Positions 53,362-64,000 of a stretch of 64,000 nt of DNA are shown here, piece after piece (position 1 is the stretch's first letter; each line of letters starts with the position of its first letter). Under the pieces are notes generated by a model. It was not told the DNA's origin. It saw nothing but the letters and a program-made list of their open reading frames with translations, and made no database searches. The DNA is from Batkoa obscura (Eukaryota). The position numbers and the translations under genes are program-made. Location: positions 1,364,001-1,428,000 of the forward strand of contig JASVEC010000003.1 of the NCBI GenBank assembly GCA_030770535.1, in the 5' to 3' direction.

Positions 53362-53827
53362 TGTGAAAGTTGGTACTCAGTGGTAGGAGTTAAAAGCAGT
53401 TCTTAGTTGATTAACTAGCCTTGAGTCGAACGGTCTTAGTTTATGTAACTAAGATAGACTTAAATGAATAAGAATAGTACGTAATAAGCTATGAACTATG
53501 TAAAACAAATAGAATAGACAATACTACTGTAAAATCTACACGTAAGAAGTTGTCAGAAAGACTTAGTGGCTTTATTAATAATACGATATCAGGGAGTAAT
53601 TCAGTTAAAAAGTATCAAGTTATCATGTTGAAGAATCTCTTTTATACTCCAATAAGTATGGATATCAAAACGAGAGGATACTATTCTTTGCAATGTGAAG
53701 TTAGAAATTCTCACAGGAAATCAAAATAAGGGACTCTGACTTAATTGTGTTTGAACTTAAGAACATAGCAACTTAAGTGATTGTTGTGTTATAATCAATC
53801 CGAGGGTTAATAAAGCAACATTTCACA
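53362..53827 (-). mobile_element. Solo LTR (family A) with TCTA target duplication
   Basis: TGTGAAA...TTTCACA ends; TCTA on both flanks; homologous to the 16780 and 63100 copies. Confidence 0.9.
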
Positions 53828-53971
53828 TCTATTAAAACATAAAATAACATTATTAAATATTAAAATTCGAAAGCAAATAATAAAGTAAAATTAGGATTTA
53901 TCAAATTTACGAGATATTTTAGTAATTGAAAACAAATAAATTAAAATAAAAAGCAAACTAATACAATATTT

Positions 53972-54070
53972 AGGGATATATTTTTGTGTGTAAGAATTTT
54001 ACTAACAGTTTTTCCACTCAAATAGCGCTTAAAAGATGGAAAAACTGATGAAGCCAAAAAAAACGCCCCC
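53972..54070 (+). mobile_element. ~98 bp MITE copy (left of inverted pair)
   Basis: Family match; shares private variants with 54301-54399. Confidence 0.88.
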
Positions 54071-54300
54071 ATGATTTGATTTTATATCTATTTAGTTTAT
54101 AGCTAATTTCAATATTTATTTTTAATTGACTAATTATATAAATAGTTGGTTTAATACCATATATATCCTTTGTTTATTAAACCTTTTTTTTAGATTACTC
54201 ATATATACACAAGGCTTGATTTATTTAATAAACGGAAAATTTATCTTATAAAATATTAATTATGTATTCTTCTAAAGCTATTTTTAATATTTAATTAAAT

Positions 54301-54399
54301 GGGGGTGTTTTTTTTGGCTTCATCAGTTTTTCCATCTTTTAAGCGCTATTTGAGTGGAAAAACTGTTAGTAAAATTCTTACACACAAAAATGTATCCCC
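54301..54399 (-). mobile_element. ~98 bp MITE copy (right of inverted pair)
   Basis: Near-identical reverse complement of 53972-54070. Confidence 0.88.
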
Positions 54400-54523
54400 T
54401 TATTATGAAAAATTGAAACATCAATCCAACATTTACAATACCTTAAAGCTAAAAAGAAGAATTCTAAGTTTCAAATGATAAAAATAAATTAAGATACTAT
54501 AAAAAGTTTCCAAAAACAAAAGT

Positions 54524-54595
54524 GGGCTCAGCTGGGAATTGAACCCAGGGCCTCTCGCACCCAAAGCGAGAATCATACCACTAGACCACTAAGCC
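54524..54595 (-). tRNA. tRNA-Pro(UGG)
   Basis: GGCTTAGTGGTCTAGTGGTATGATTCTCGCTTTGGGTGCGAGAGGCCCTGGGTTCAATTCCCAGCTGAGCCC folds as a cloverleaf; T-run terminator follows. Confidence 0.97.
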
Positions 54596-55200
54596 TTATA
54601 GAATACCTATTTTTAATAAATATAAATTTAATATTGCAAATTTTTACGTTTTTGATTTTAAATCCTAATCTTTTTATAATATTATTTGGTGAGTATAAGA
54701 GAAAAGGATGCAAGATAATTAGGTGCGTTTATCTATTATAAGGTTATTCCAGACATAAGTTATGTATTTAAAAATAGGTCTTATACTTTGGTTTTAAAAA
54801 TAGATAGAACTTTAAAGAATATAAATTTTATCATTGAAAAACAGTGCAATTTTGTTAACACAATGGCCAATATTTTATAACGTTATTAATAAGCACTATT
54901 TTGGAAAATCAACCCAAATGGGCTAATGGTAAAAGCAAGAAAAGTACACTGAAAAAATACTTTTACAAATTTGAGCTTTTAATACAATAAAATTTGAGTA
55001 TCCAGTTATTATCAAAACTTTTTGTAGCTAATATTTTATTAAAGGTTTTATAATATTAAGTCACAAACATAGGTAGTATTAGATAAAAAAATAAAAACCC
55101 ATTCAAATAGTGCTTAAAAATGGAAAAAAGTGATGAAACCAAAAAAACATCCCCATATGTGTTTTAAAAAAATATATACTTTACTAACTGGTATCAATAT

Positions 55201-55297
55201 GAGGATGTATTTTTTTGTTTAAGAATTTTACTAACAATCTTTCCGCTCCAAATACGCTTAAAAATGGAAAAAATAATAAAACCAAAAAAACACCCCT
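55201..55297 (+). mobile_element. ~98 bp MITE copy (a partial copy also lies at ~55100-55155)
   Basis: Family match; ATAT flanks. Confidence 0.85.
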
Positions 55298-56128
55298 ATA
55301 TTATGGTCAAAGTTGATATTGCAAAGCATCAACAACAAGTATTAAATAGATTTTTTAGATAAACATTTTAAAAAGTTTGATACAAACTGATTAATACAAA
55401 AACTCTTTTATTTATTCTATTTTATTACAAAAGTTTACAATAAATTAAATTTTTGATCAAGCGTGTTTTAGGTGCTTCGTTCTTATTAATTATAAAGGAA
55501 ATGATGAATACTTTCTGTTGATGCTCTTTTAGTATTTTAAGCAAATATTTACATTTCGTTGGATTTTTATTATTAAATATATTTATAAAATTAATACAAG
55601 AAATAATTAGAACACTAATTAATTATAATATTGCGTAGTATAGATTTATTTGAGACTTTTATTACAAAGGCTTTATTGAACATAAATAAGTATAATATAT
55701 TAAGCTAATTAAAAATAACTACAATATTTACTGAAAAACAATATAACTATCTGATTTTTTGGTAAATAAATTTGATTTTAATTTGCGACAAAACATATGT
55801 GAAATTACATTACTAAAAATAAGATCTCTTTAACTTCTACCATCCTCGATAATATTTTAATCAAATTAAGCGTTAGCTATATATATTTGTATTATTGAAA
55901 AATGAACTAGTTATAGCCCGCGTTCTTATCAATAAATGGGGTTTAAATCTTAAGCTTGGAGATAATTAAACAATTTCTACCTAATATATATCTTTAATAT
56001 AACTGAAAAGCTATTACAACCAATGTATAAAAAATTGTTCAAACAGTTGAACTTATTTGATCAAAAATTGAATAAAACCTAAGAGATGCAACAAAGCTTA
56101 CGAAATGTTAAAAATTACTCAAATTATA

Positions 56129-56230
56129 TGTAGAGATGTTTTTTTTGGTTTCATCAGTTTTTCCATTTTTAAGCGTTATTTGGAGCGGAAAGATTGTTAG
56201 TAAAATTCTTAAACAAAAAAATACATCCAC
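56129..56230 (-). mobile_element. ~98 bp MITE copy
   Basis: Reverse-complement match; shares the CCGCTCCAAATA variant with the 55201 copy. Confidence 0.85.
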
Positions 56231-57580
56231 ATATATAATATTAGATATGATAATGTACGGTTTTCATGAGTAAGATCACTTAATTAATTTTACTTTTTTT
56301 AATTGATTCGTATTTTTAAAATTATTGTTCCTAGATTGTTTAATAGCTGATGTTTTGCTAAAGCATTTTCAAGTATAACGTAGTAACATATAATACTACG
56401 AAAGGATTGTGTGCATTATGTGTTTATTAAATAAGTAAAGAAATCATTTAGTGAAATGATTAGGGTACTAGAAATGAATTTAGATACAAACAATTAAGAT
56501 CAATAATAATAATACTGACAAAAATAAGTATAAATACTATCGTTTTTTTACTATAATTTTGGAAAATTTTATTACTTTTTTAATAGATTGTATATAAAGA
56601 AATCTTCGCTTAATATGTCTAAAAAAATAAAAAAAGATTTGTTGTATAAAAAACTCTAATTTTCAATATATTTATTATAACTTTTACCACCATAAAAATA
56701 TATATTTAAATACATGTTAAAGTTTGAGGTTTACTATATTCTTCTCAACTACCATCACTACGACTTACTGACATAGACAAACTCCACCGTTTCACGCCTT
56801 ATCAATAATATTCTTCCTATGGACGTTCATTACTAGACATCTTTACCTGAATCTTCTCCTTACATCACCCAATCCGTGTTTTCTAATATTCAAAAACTAT
56901 TTGCCTCAATAAAACTTTAGTGCTCAAGAGATCATGGACAGTCCATGGGAGTTTTGTTTCTTTACTTTATAACCATAAACACGCTTCCATCTACCCTCTG
57001 AGTCCATTCATCCTCATAAATCAAATAGTAGCTCTCTAGGGAACTGGAGCTTAACGGACCATATAGCCCCTCTTAGCTCTATTAAGGGAGGCAAATACCT
57101 AAACATAACTCTTTCTTTTCCAAAAGCTATTCATTAACGGGTATATGTCCCTTAAACCAGTTGCTTAGCTATTGAAAATTTTTACTGTTATAAACTAAGC
57201 ACCTGGGGGTAAAGTCTAATATATTATGAAACTAATATCCTTTTAATTCAATCATTTTAAAAAAAAAATAAACTAGTAAAAGCCATTTTGAATGGAAGCA
57301 CATTCGTTAGTTTATTTAGTATATATCAAATTTTATACATAATCCAAAGGCCTTTTCTATAGATAATATCAGAACGTTTTACATTAAGTAGACAATAATT
57401 TTTAAAAAGTGTAGTGATCTGCTAAGAACGCTACATACTCAAACAAATACATTAAGCAGTAGATTGTAAAGACATTCATAATCAGAAAATGCAACCAAAG
57501 TTACTTCGAAAAACCAAGTAAACCGTTTGAATCTAATACTTTTTTAAGATTTATTATACTAAAAATTTATCTAGTTAATT

Positions 57581-58387
57581 TCAATAAGGATATTTTTCTG
57601 GATCATTAGTATTCTTTTCGACTGCTTCTTTTCTTTTATAAGTGAAAAGGTGATATATACCGAACCCAAGAGTAACTACAATGTGAATAACTAGGGTAGA
57701 AATAGAAATTATTAGAGGAAATTTTTCTAAAAATTCAGGTCTATCTAGATTTAAATAGACAACACCTGTGAAAATAAATCTGTAACCGTTAGCAAAAAGA
57801 AAACCACCAACTATAGCAGCTGTAAGTACCTCAAACAAGCGCTTATAAACGCCACACAAGACAGCTACTATGATTCCAAGGCCCAAAGTTAAACAAATAA
57901 TTGCAACACCATTTCCAGTAGAAAAGCCAATAGTTAAACCAATCATCATACCGGATCCTAAACCTACTAAAACTATACCAAATTTGCCAAATATAGCAGC
58001 CAAAATACCTATCAATAGCCCAAGCACAAGAGATATTGAAAGTAAAATAATAAACGAATCAAATACACCAACAAATGGGTCCTCACCTTGAAGCAGGGAA
58101 GAATTGGCAAACAAGGGCTTGACTTTTTGATAATAGATGATTATAGCGCCAATAACCATTGAAACAAAACTAGTTACAAATAAACCACCAACGAAATATA
58201 GCGCCTTTATTACTCTACGACCAAAAATCAAAAATATAAAGCCCACTACCAACGATACTACTCCAACTCCTATTAATACTTTAAAATAAATTTGAAATAA
58301 GTGCACAAAAAGGACTGAAGCTCTAGTCATAATTTCAGCTCCAACATCCAAAGCAGGATTAGCAGTAGATCCTATACCGTTATCCAT
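57581..58387 (-). CDS. TM7S3/TMEM198-like (DUF4203) membrane protein, intronless
   Basis: ATG at 58387; close paralog of the 59743 and 47764 genes. Confidence 0.88.
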   Translation of the reverse strand: MDNGIGSTANPALDVGAEIMTRASVLFVHLFQIYFKVLIGVGVVSLVVGFIFLIFGRRVIKALYFVGGLFVTSFVSMVIGAIIIYYQKVKPLFANSSLLQGEDPFVGVFDSFIILLSISLVLGLLIGILAAIFGKFGIVLVGLGSGMMIGLTIGFSTGNGVAIICLTLGLGIIVAVLCGVYKRLFEVLTAAIVGGFLFANGYRFIFTGVVYLNLDRPEFLEKFPLIISISTLVIHIVVTLGFGIYHLFTYKRKEAVEKNTNDPEKYPY

Positions 58388-58974
58388 ATTACTTATCACT
58401 GGCTTAATAAATTAATCTAAACTTTATTGTTTTTTAATTGCCTTTCTTTTTTTATCTTTTTATACTACAATATTAACTACCTTTATACTTTTTGTTCCCG
58501 TATTTATTACACACGGTATTTTAAAGTCTTGGTATTTTTTGAATTATGTAATACGCCTTTTGCCAAAAGGTCAGGTATGTTCATATAATACCTAAATATT
58601 ATGGGTCCCGATATATTCGATGATTTATTTGTTCCAAAGAAAATTGTTTAACTTAACACCTATCTGTTTTACTATTTTGATGATATCTATAAGTGTAGTT
58701 TGAGATACTATAATTAAAAGTAATAAAGTAAAGCATCAATAATGAATGTAGACATAAGGTTTTAGAAAAGTATTTAGAGTGAGCTTGAATCTAAACTGTT
58801 TGCACCTTTATCTTCAACTATACTTTATTATAATTTTTTCTAGATAAATTAAACCGCTATCAAATAAGTCAATACCCACACTTGTTATTATTTGTAGCAA
58901 AAAAGAGATTATTTTTATTCATGTTCTTAAAACTCATGCATAGTTTTGCATCAATAAAATTTTTAGTGCTAATT

Positions 58975-59142
58975 TACAGCTGTTGCAACTCTTTTGCAAC
59001 TTAATTAATTGTCCATTTATAAAAAAATATTTTAATAAAACTCACCAAAATTTAACAATTTGATATTAGAAATATTGTTACATAATATTTTGGTTATAAA
59101 AACTACCGCTAAAAATGCCGCAAAAGAGTTGCAACAAACGTA
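58975..59142. mobile_element. Small MITE with 17-bp perfect inverted core and TA ends
   Basis: TGTTGCAACTCTTTTGC / GCAAAAGAGTTGCAACA; left end TACAG; a related end sits near 14036. Confidence 0.6.
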
Positions 59143-59742
59143 CAATTTAGAATAGTTTCAAAAATACCAGCCAATACATCACTACGTAGTATAGATATAT
59201 TTAGGACTTTTATTATAAAGGTTATCTGAATGTATTGGTGAATAGTTTCTCAAGTTACTTAAAAACAACAATGATTTTTAAAAAGGCTATAAAAATATAT
59301 ATTATTTTCTGATGAATGGACCTAATTTTAATCTATTACTAATATTTAGTGGAATTATATCATTTAAGTTAAATTAGAGTTCTAATTTACCATCCTTGAG
59401 AATATTCTTATTAGCTCAAAGATCAAGTTTATTTATTTATGTTGCTAAAAGAACAAGTCATTGTAGGTCACAGCTTTGTCAATAAAAGAAATATATAATT
59501 TGAATCTAGAGATAGTCAAACAATATACAATTATTTTGAAATTTCAGCTTACTTAATTGAAAGTTAAAGCCAAAAATATAATCAAGGCTAATAAATACAG
59601 GATTCACAATATTATCAAAATAATATTTTATTAATATGGTATAAATGAAATGACTCTGGTGAAATGAATAAACGGTTTAAATTAATAGGCTTTTTGAAAT
59701 TATTTTATTATATATTACATGTGTGCCTACTTAATTTTGATA

Positions 59743-60543
59743 TCATTGTTTTTCCGGATTACCATTGTTGTTTTTAACTGATTCCTTCCTTTTGTAAGTA
59801 CAAAGATGATATGAACCAAATGCAACAGTGACTACGATGTAAATAACTAAAGTAGAAATAGAGATCACTCTGTTGTATTTGTTTGTGTATTCAAGGTTTA
59901 CTATATTTAGGTAAACAGCACCTGTGAAGACAAGTCTATAGCCATTAGAGAAAAGGAAACCACCAGCTATAGAAGCTGTAATTACCTCAAATAGTCGTTT
60001 ATAGAACCCACACAAAACAGCAAGAATGATACCTAAGCCAATAGTTAAACAGGCTATAGCAATAGCGTTTCCAGTAGTGACACCAATAGCTAATCCAATC
60101 ATCATACCACATGCTAAACCTACTAAAACAATACCAAATTTACCATAGATAGCAGCTAAAATACCAATTATTAGTCCAAGTACAAGAGATACTATAAGTA
60201 AAATAATCAATGCTTTAAACACTCCCCCAAATGGGTTATCTCTTTCGAGTAAAGAAGGATCCGTAAACAAAGGTTTAACTTTATTGAAATAAATTATTAT
60301 TATACCAATTAGCATTGAAATAAAACTAATGACTACTAAACCACCAAAGAAATATAATACTTTAATTACTCTACGGCCAAATATTAAAAATATCAATCCT
60401 AATACTAATAACACTACTCCAACCCCTATTAACACTTTAGAATAAGTCTGAAGCATATTGATCAAAAACGCGTAAATTTTATTCATCATTTCAGCTAGAG
60501 CCTCTGAGCTTGCGTCAATACTATGATCTATATTGTTATCCAT
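59743..60543 (-). CDS. TM7S3/TMEM198-like (DUF4203) membrane protein, intronless
   Basis: 266 aa; tandem duplicate of 57581-58387 with upstream homology. Confidence 0.88.
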   Translation of the reverse strand: MDNNIDHSIDASSEALAEMMNKIYAFLINMLQTYSKVLIGVGVVLLVLGLIFLIFGRRVIKVLYFFGGLVVISFISMLIGIIIIYFNKVKPLFTDPSLLERDNPFGGVFKALIILLIVSLVLGLIIGILAAIYGKFGIVLVGLACGMMIGLAIGVTTGNAIAIACLTIGLGIILAVLCGFYKRLFEVITASIAGGFLFSNGYRLVFTGAVYLNIVNLEYTNKYNRVISISTLVIYIVVTVAFGSYHLCTYKRKESVKNNNGNPEKQ

Positions 60544-61779
60544 ATTTCTATTATTAATTCACCAAATTGATTTAAACTTTATTGTTTTTATTTTTATTCA
60601 ATTGACATTACTTTCCCATCTTTTTATATTATTTTTGTTTACTACCGTTATTACTTTTTTCATATAGCTATTGTAGTGCGCCGATTTATGTCCTTGATAT
60701 GTTTAGTGAACCATTGGCATTAAATCAAAGCGGGATTTATATGTTCTTCTAAATATTATTTACTCCGATTTGATTTAAGGTTTACTTAGAAGAAAATTTT
60801 ACTTTGAGTTTGTGTTTATATTTTGTTTTATTGTTCTGATTTATACGCAGGTGTATAATTCGTAATAGCATGGTTATAACCAATATATCTAAATATTGAT
60901 AGCAAATTTCAATATGAACTCAAAGTAAACTATAGAATACTTTCAATTCTATATTAGTAAAGCTAACACAATAAATTGAAATACGATTAAACCGGTTGAT
61001 CTCTAAACATTATTAGTGTTTGTCAAGAAGAAAATTATTATTCCTACTCATGTTCTTAAATATTTTGAGCGAATTTTTACATTCTAGAATTTTTAGCAAT
61101 GAATCTATTTATAAAGCTAATTAATTTCATCAAAAGTACCTCCTTTATGTTTTTAGACTTGGATCCTTCTTTTCGTATTACATTCAGTGGGACTATTCTT
61201 TCGCTATTAAGGACTTCTCATTTTTTTAAATTTATTCCTCCTTTAACTGTGTTGTATATTAAAGAAATAATAATACAAGACTTGCTCTTGAAGTCAAAAA
61301 ATATTTAAAGAATAACTAGAACATGAACTAATCGTATCCCTATGTAACATATATGACTTAACTTTTGTTTAGAGAGCTTTATCAGATGTATCCAAAGAAT
61401 AACTTGATAAAGTATTTAAATATAATGCTAAGATTTATTGAAAGGTTATAAAACTATCATATTCCGTGGTGGATGGATATTTTTTTGGTCTGTGACAAAA
61501 ATTTATGGTGGATTTATGCCATCTTTTAACTAAATTAATATTAAGTCATACTGCCCTTATAAATATTTTTACCTAATTAGATATTACGTATATTTATTTA
61601 AATTCTTTAAAAAAAACTACAATAAACTACTGTCGTATTGAATTTATATCCTTAGTTTGGACTTAATGAGAATTGAACACATCTAACTTGATACAAATCT
61701 CCAATACAACTAAAGGAATTTTTTTAAAGCCTTAAAAGAAAACGAACTCTCAAGTGTCTTTATTATTTAAGGGCGCAAT

Positions 61780-62120
61780 GATTAGAGACTAGTAATAAGA
61801 GGAGAGTAAGGCCAGAGAGAAAGTGACTTAAGGTCTTTTTTGGAATTTAATAATTTAAATATCATACGAGGGAAATTAGTAGTCTACGCAATCTTTCACC
61901 CAATGACCAGGCTTGCCAAAGAAGACTTAAAAGGACAAGTTTCGAAGGTCAATTTTGTGTGAATCCTATAGATTGACCATATCATTGAAGAATAAAAGGC
62001 GGTTGTAAACTCAAGTTTTAAGCTAGGCAAAGTAAATATAATGTCATCAATTGACGAAATAGGAGGACGAGAAGTAAACCCTATTGATAGTAAAAATCTC
62101 AATCTCTCAATATCAAATTG
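61780..62120 (-). mobile_element. Possible LINE 3' fragment
   Basis: SSMIWSIYRIHTKL resembles VTALWAIHSFYTKL in the 41.8 kb LINE remnant; locally higher GC. Confidence 0.35.
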
Positions 62121-62420
62121 ATGTTATCAAGATAAATTTAACAATAATAGGCTAAAGGAATATTTAAAACTATAAATACACTGCTAACTATTTAAATTAG
62201 TTTATGACGATTTTAATTGTTAAAGGATCAATAATAGGTTAAAAAAATTAGCTTAATCAAGCTTATAATATTTTTTATTAATATCAAGATAACACGGTTA
62301 TTTTTGTTTAAGTGTACCTTTTCTAAAGTAATGACTATATGTTCTATGGTAGCTTTGTTAAAATAATCATAATAAACTTTAGACTGTATTAGGTACTCAC
62401 AAAAATAGATGATAAAACCG

Positions 62421-62542
62421 CTAAACCGGATAATGCTTTAGCTTATTATTTTTTGGTTTAGCCTTTAACTTATTATACTCTACTTTAAATGCAGCAAAGA
62501 TCACAATTTTTAAAATAATTGTTACTATATGCGCTAATATAT
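62421..62542 (-). pseudogene. 3' end of a DUF4203-like gene interrupted by a transposon
   Basis: Encodes HIVTIILKIVIFAAF...KLKHYPV*, matching the C-terminus of the 51968 gene; abuts the Sola2-like terminus. Confidence 0.75.
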
Positions 62543-63099
62543 GGGGGTGTCCGAATTGGTTTCATTTTTTTATCCAATTTTTAAATTATTTTATTATAAT
62601 TTATATTGTAAGTTAGCGGAATTTCTATCAAATTTAGTATAAATTCCTGAATTAGCAAGGCTTTTACCAATATAGCCTATATAATGATATTAATCAAAGT
62701 TGTAATATGTAAATAAATATATATTTTTATAAAACTTTATTAAGAAATATTTGTTATTAACTGTTTTACAGCCAACATTGCAGATTTACTATCAAATAAA
62801 TAAACAATTTTAATGTTATAATTACATTATTAATATATCGCTAAGTTAATGAATAGCTGCATGAGAGGGAGCGGTTAGCCCCAAAACTATAATTAACCAT
62901 CCCTATGTAATACAAGCAGTATAATAATAGTTTTTACTTATTATTATAACTACTTGCTCTTTAACTATTTATTAACTTAGCTATTAATAATTTAAGCAAT
63001 ATTAACATTTAATAATTGATTTCTATCATCTAATAAACTACTTACTTGCTTACTAAATATTGAAACTTTTAAATTTTCAGTTATTTTTGTAAGATAAGC
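62543..63099 (-). mobile_element. Sola2-like transposon right end (second copy)
   Basis: Reverse complement of ~18120-18862 without the MITE; terminus GGGGGTGTC preceded by ATAT. Confidence 0.85.
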
Positions 63100-63567
63100 T
63101 GTGAAATATTGCTTTATTTAGCTCTCGGATTGATTATAACGCAACAATCACTTAAGTTGCTGTGTTCTCAAGTTCAAATACAATCAAGTCAGAGTCCCTT
63201 ATTTTGATTTGCTGCGAGAATTTCTAACTTCATATTGCAAGGAATAACATCCTCTCGTATTAATATCCATATTTATTGGAGTATAAAAGAGATTCTTCAA
63301 TATGATAACTCCAGGTTTTTTTTTAATTGGATTACTCCCTGATAACGTATCATTAATAAAGTCACTAAGTCTTTCTGACAACATCTGATATAGATTTTAT
63401 AGTAGTATCTTCCATTGTATTTGTTTTACATAATTTGTAGCTTACTACATACTATTTCTATTAAGTTAAGTCTACCTTAGTTATATAAACTAAGACCCTT
63501 CGACTCAAGGCAAGTTAATTAAGCAAGAGTAGCTTTTAACTTCGGCCACTAAGTATCAACTTTCACA
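63100..63567 (+). mobile_element. 5' LTR of an LTR retrotransposon (family A)
   Basis: TGTGAAA...TTTCACA; followed after 2 nt by PBS-like TGGCGCTCATAGCTGGG. Confidence 0.88.
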
Positions 63568-63569
63568 CT

Positions 63570-63586
63570 TGGCGCTCATAGCTGGG
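63570..63586 (+). promoter_or_regulatory. Primer-binding site (tRNA 3'-end complement)
   Basis: TGG-initiated GC-rich 17-mer directly after the LTR; priming tRNA not identified. Confidence 0.65.
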
Positions 63587-63685
63587 AAAGCTCCTATAAC
63601 TACACTAGGTAGCCTTTATAGCCTTTCCTTTACGGTTCTTACCGCGTAACCACCCCAACCCTCCAATCCCCTTAATTCACAGACT

Positions 63686-64000
63686 ATGATCAACAATAGC
63701 CTCATACCCTATTTTGCTGACTCAAGATATCTCCTTGATAACCGTCAACAATTGACTATCACTGAATATGACATGGGTAGTAGTGATGAAGAAGAAGCTA
63801 GTGTTCTGACCCCAGAAATAGACACTGCTGCTTTAAATCAAGCTGCCCTACCTCCTCATGTTGTAAGCTCGGTCGTTACCTATGGAGCTGTTCCTATGCA
63901 CGTTCTTAATGGTGATCTCTCTGCTTGGAGACAATACCAAAGTAGTAGCTCCAGTACCCAAATTACTTTTCGTGCTCAGTACCAAACGGTACCTACCCTT
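63686..64000 (+). CDS. Probable gag N-terminus (partial, runs off the window)
   Basis: ATG-initiated frame open for 105 codons (MINNSLIPYFADSRY...) downstream of LTR and PBS; assigned by position only. Confidence 0.55.
   Translation, partial: MINNSLIPYFADSRYLLDNRQQLTITEYDMGSSDEEEASVLTPEIDTAALNQAALPPHVVSSVVTYGAVPMHVLNGDLSAWRQYQSSSSSTQITFRAQYQTVPTL

Noticed and set aside
56740..57160. GC-richer, coding-like patch
   Set aside because: Possibly a retroelement scrap, but I found no recognisable motif.
63570..63586. PBS primed by the local tRNA-Pro
   Set aside because: Only partial similarity (GCTCA..GCTGGG); the acceptor-stem complement does not match.

Overview
Very AT-rich eukaryotic DNA with short (~50 bp) GT-AG introns. 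It is fungal (Zn2Cys6 factor, fungal-type H3) and probably from an early-diverging lineage (inference). A housekeeping core at 25-38 kb holds Yra1/ALYREF, two nucleotide-identical inverted histone H3 genes, Not1 and a UCH-L3/Yuh1 deubiquitinase. The accessory DNA around it holds: about nine copies of a multi-pass membrane protein family (TM7S3/TMEM198-like, DUF4203), including pseudogenes; a spliced, secreted CHAP-domain gene that looks bacterial in origin; a candidate Kex2-processed repeat precursor; a peptidase S41 pseudogene; a small SCOC-like spliced gene missed by the ORF track; and tRNA-Pro(UGG). Mobile DNA is dense: a Sola2-like DNA transposon (two remnants) with about 15 copies of a ~98 bp MITE whose 4-bp TSD can be read from a filled/empty site pair, three LTRs of one family (one with PBS and gag start), LINE remnants and several other MITEs. 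The most striking structure is a ~9 kb mirror region (43.6-52.7 kb) whose inner 1796-bp arms are almost identical and enclose one membrane-protein gene. All family assignments come from motif recognition by eye; no searches were run.
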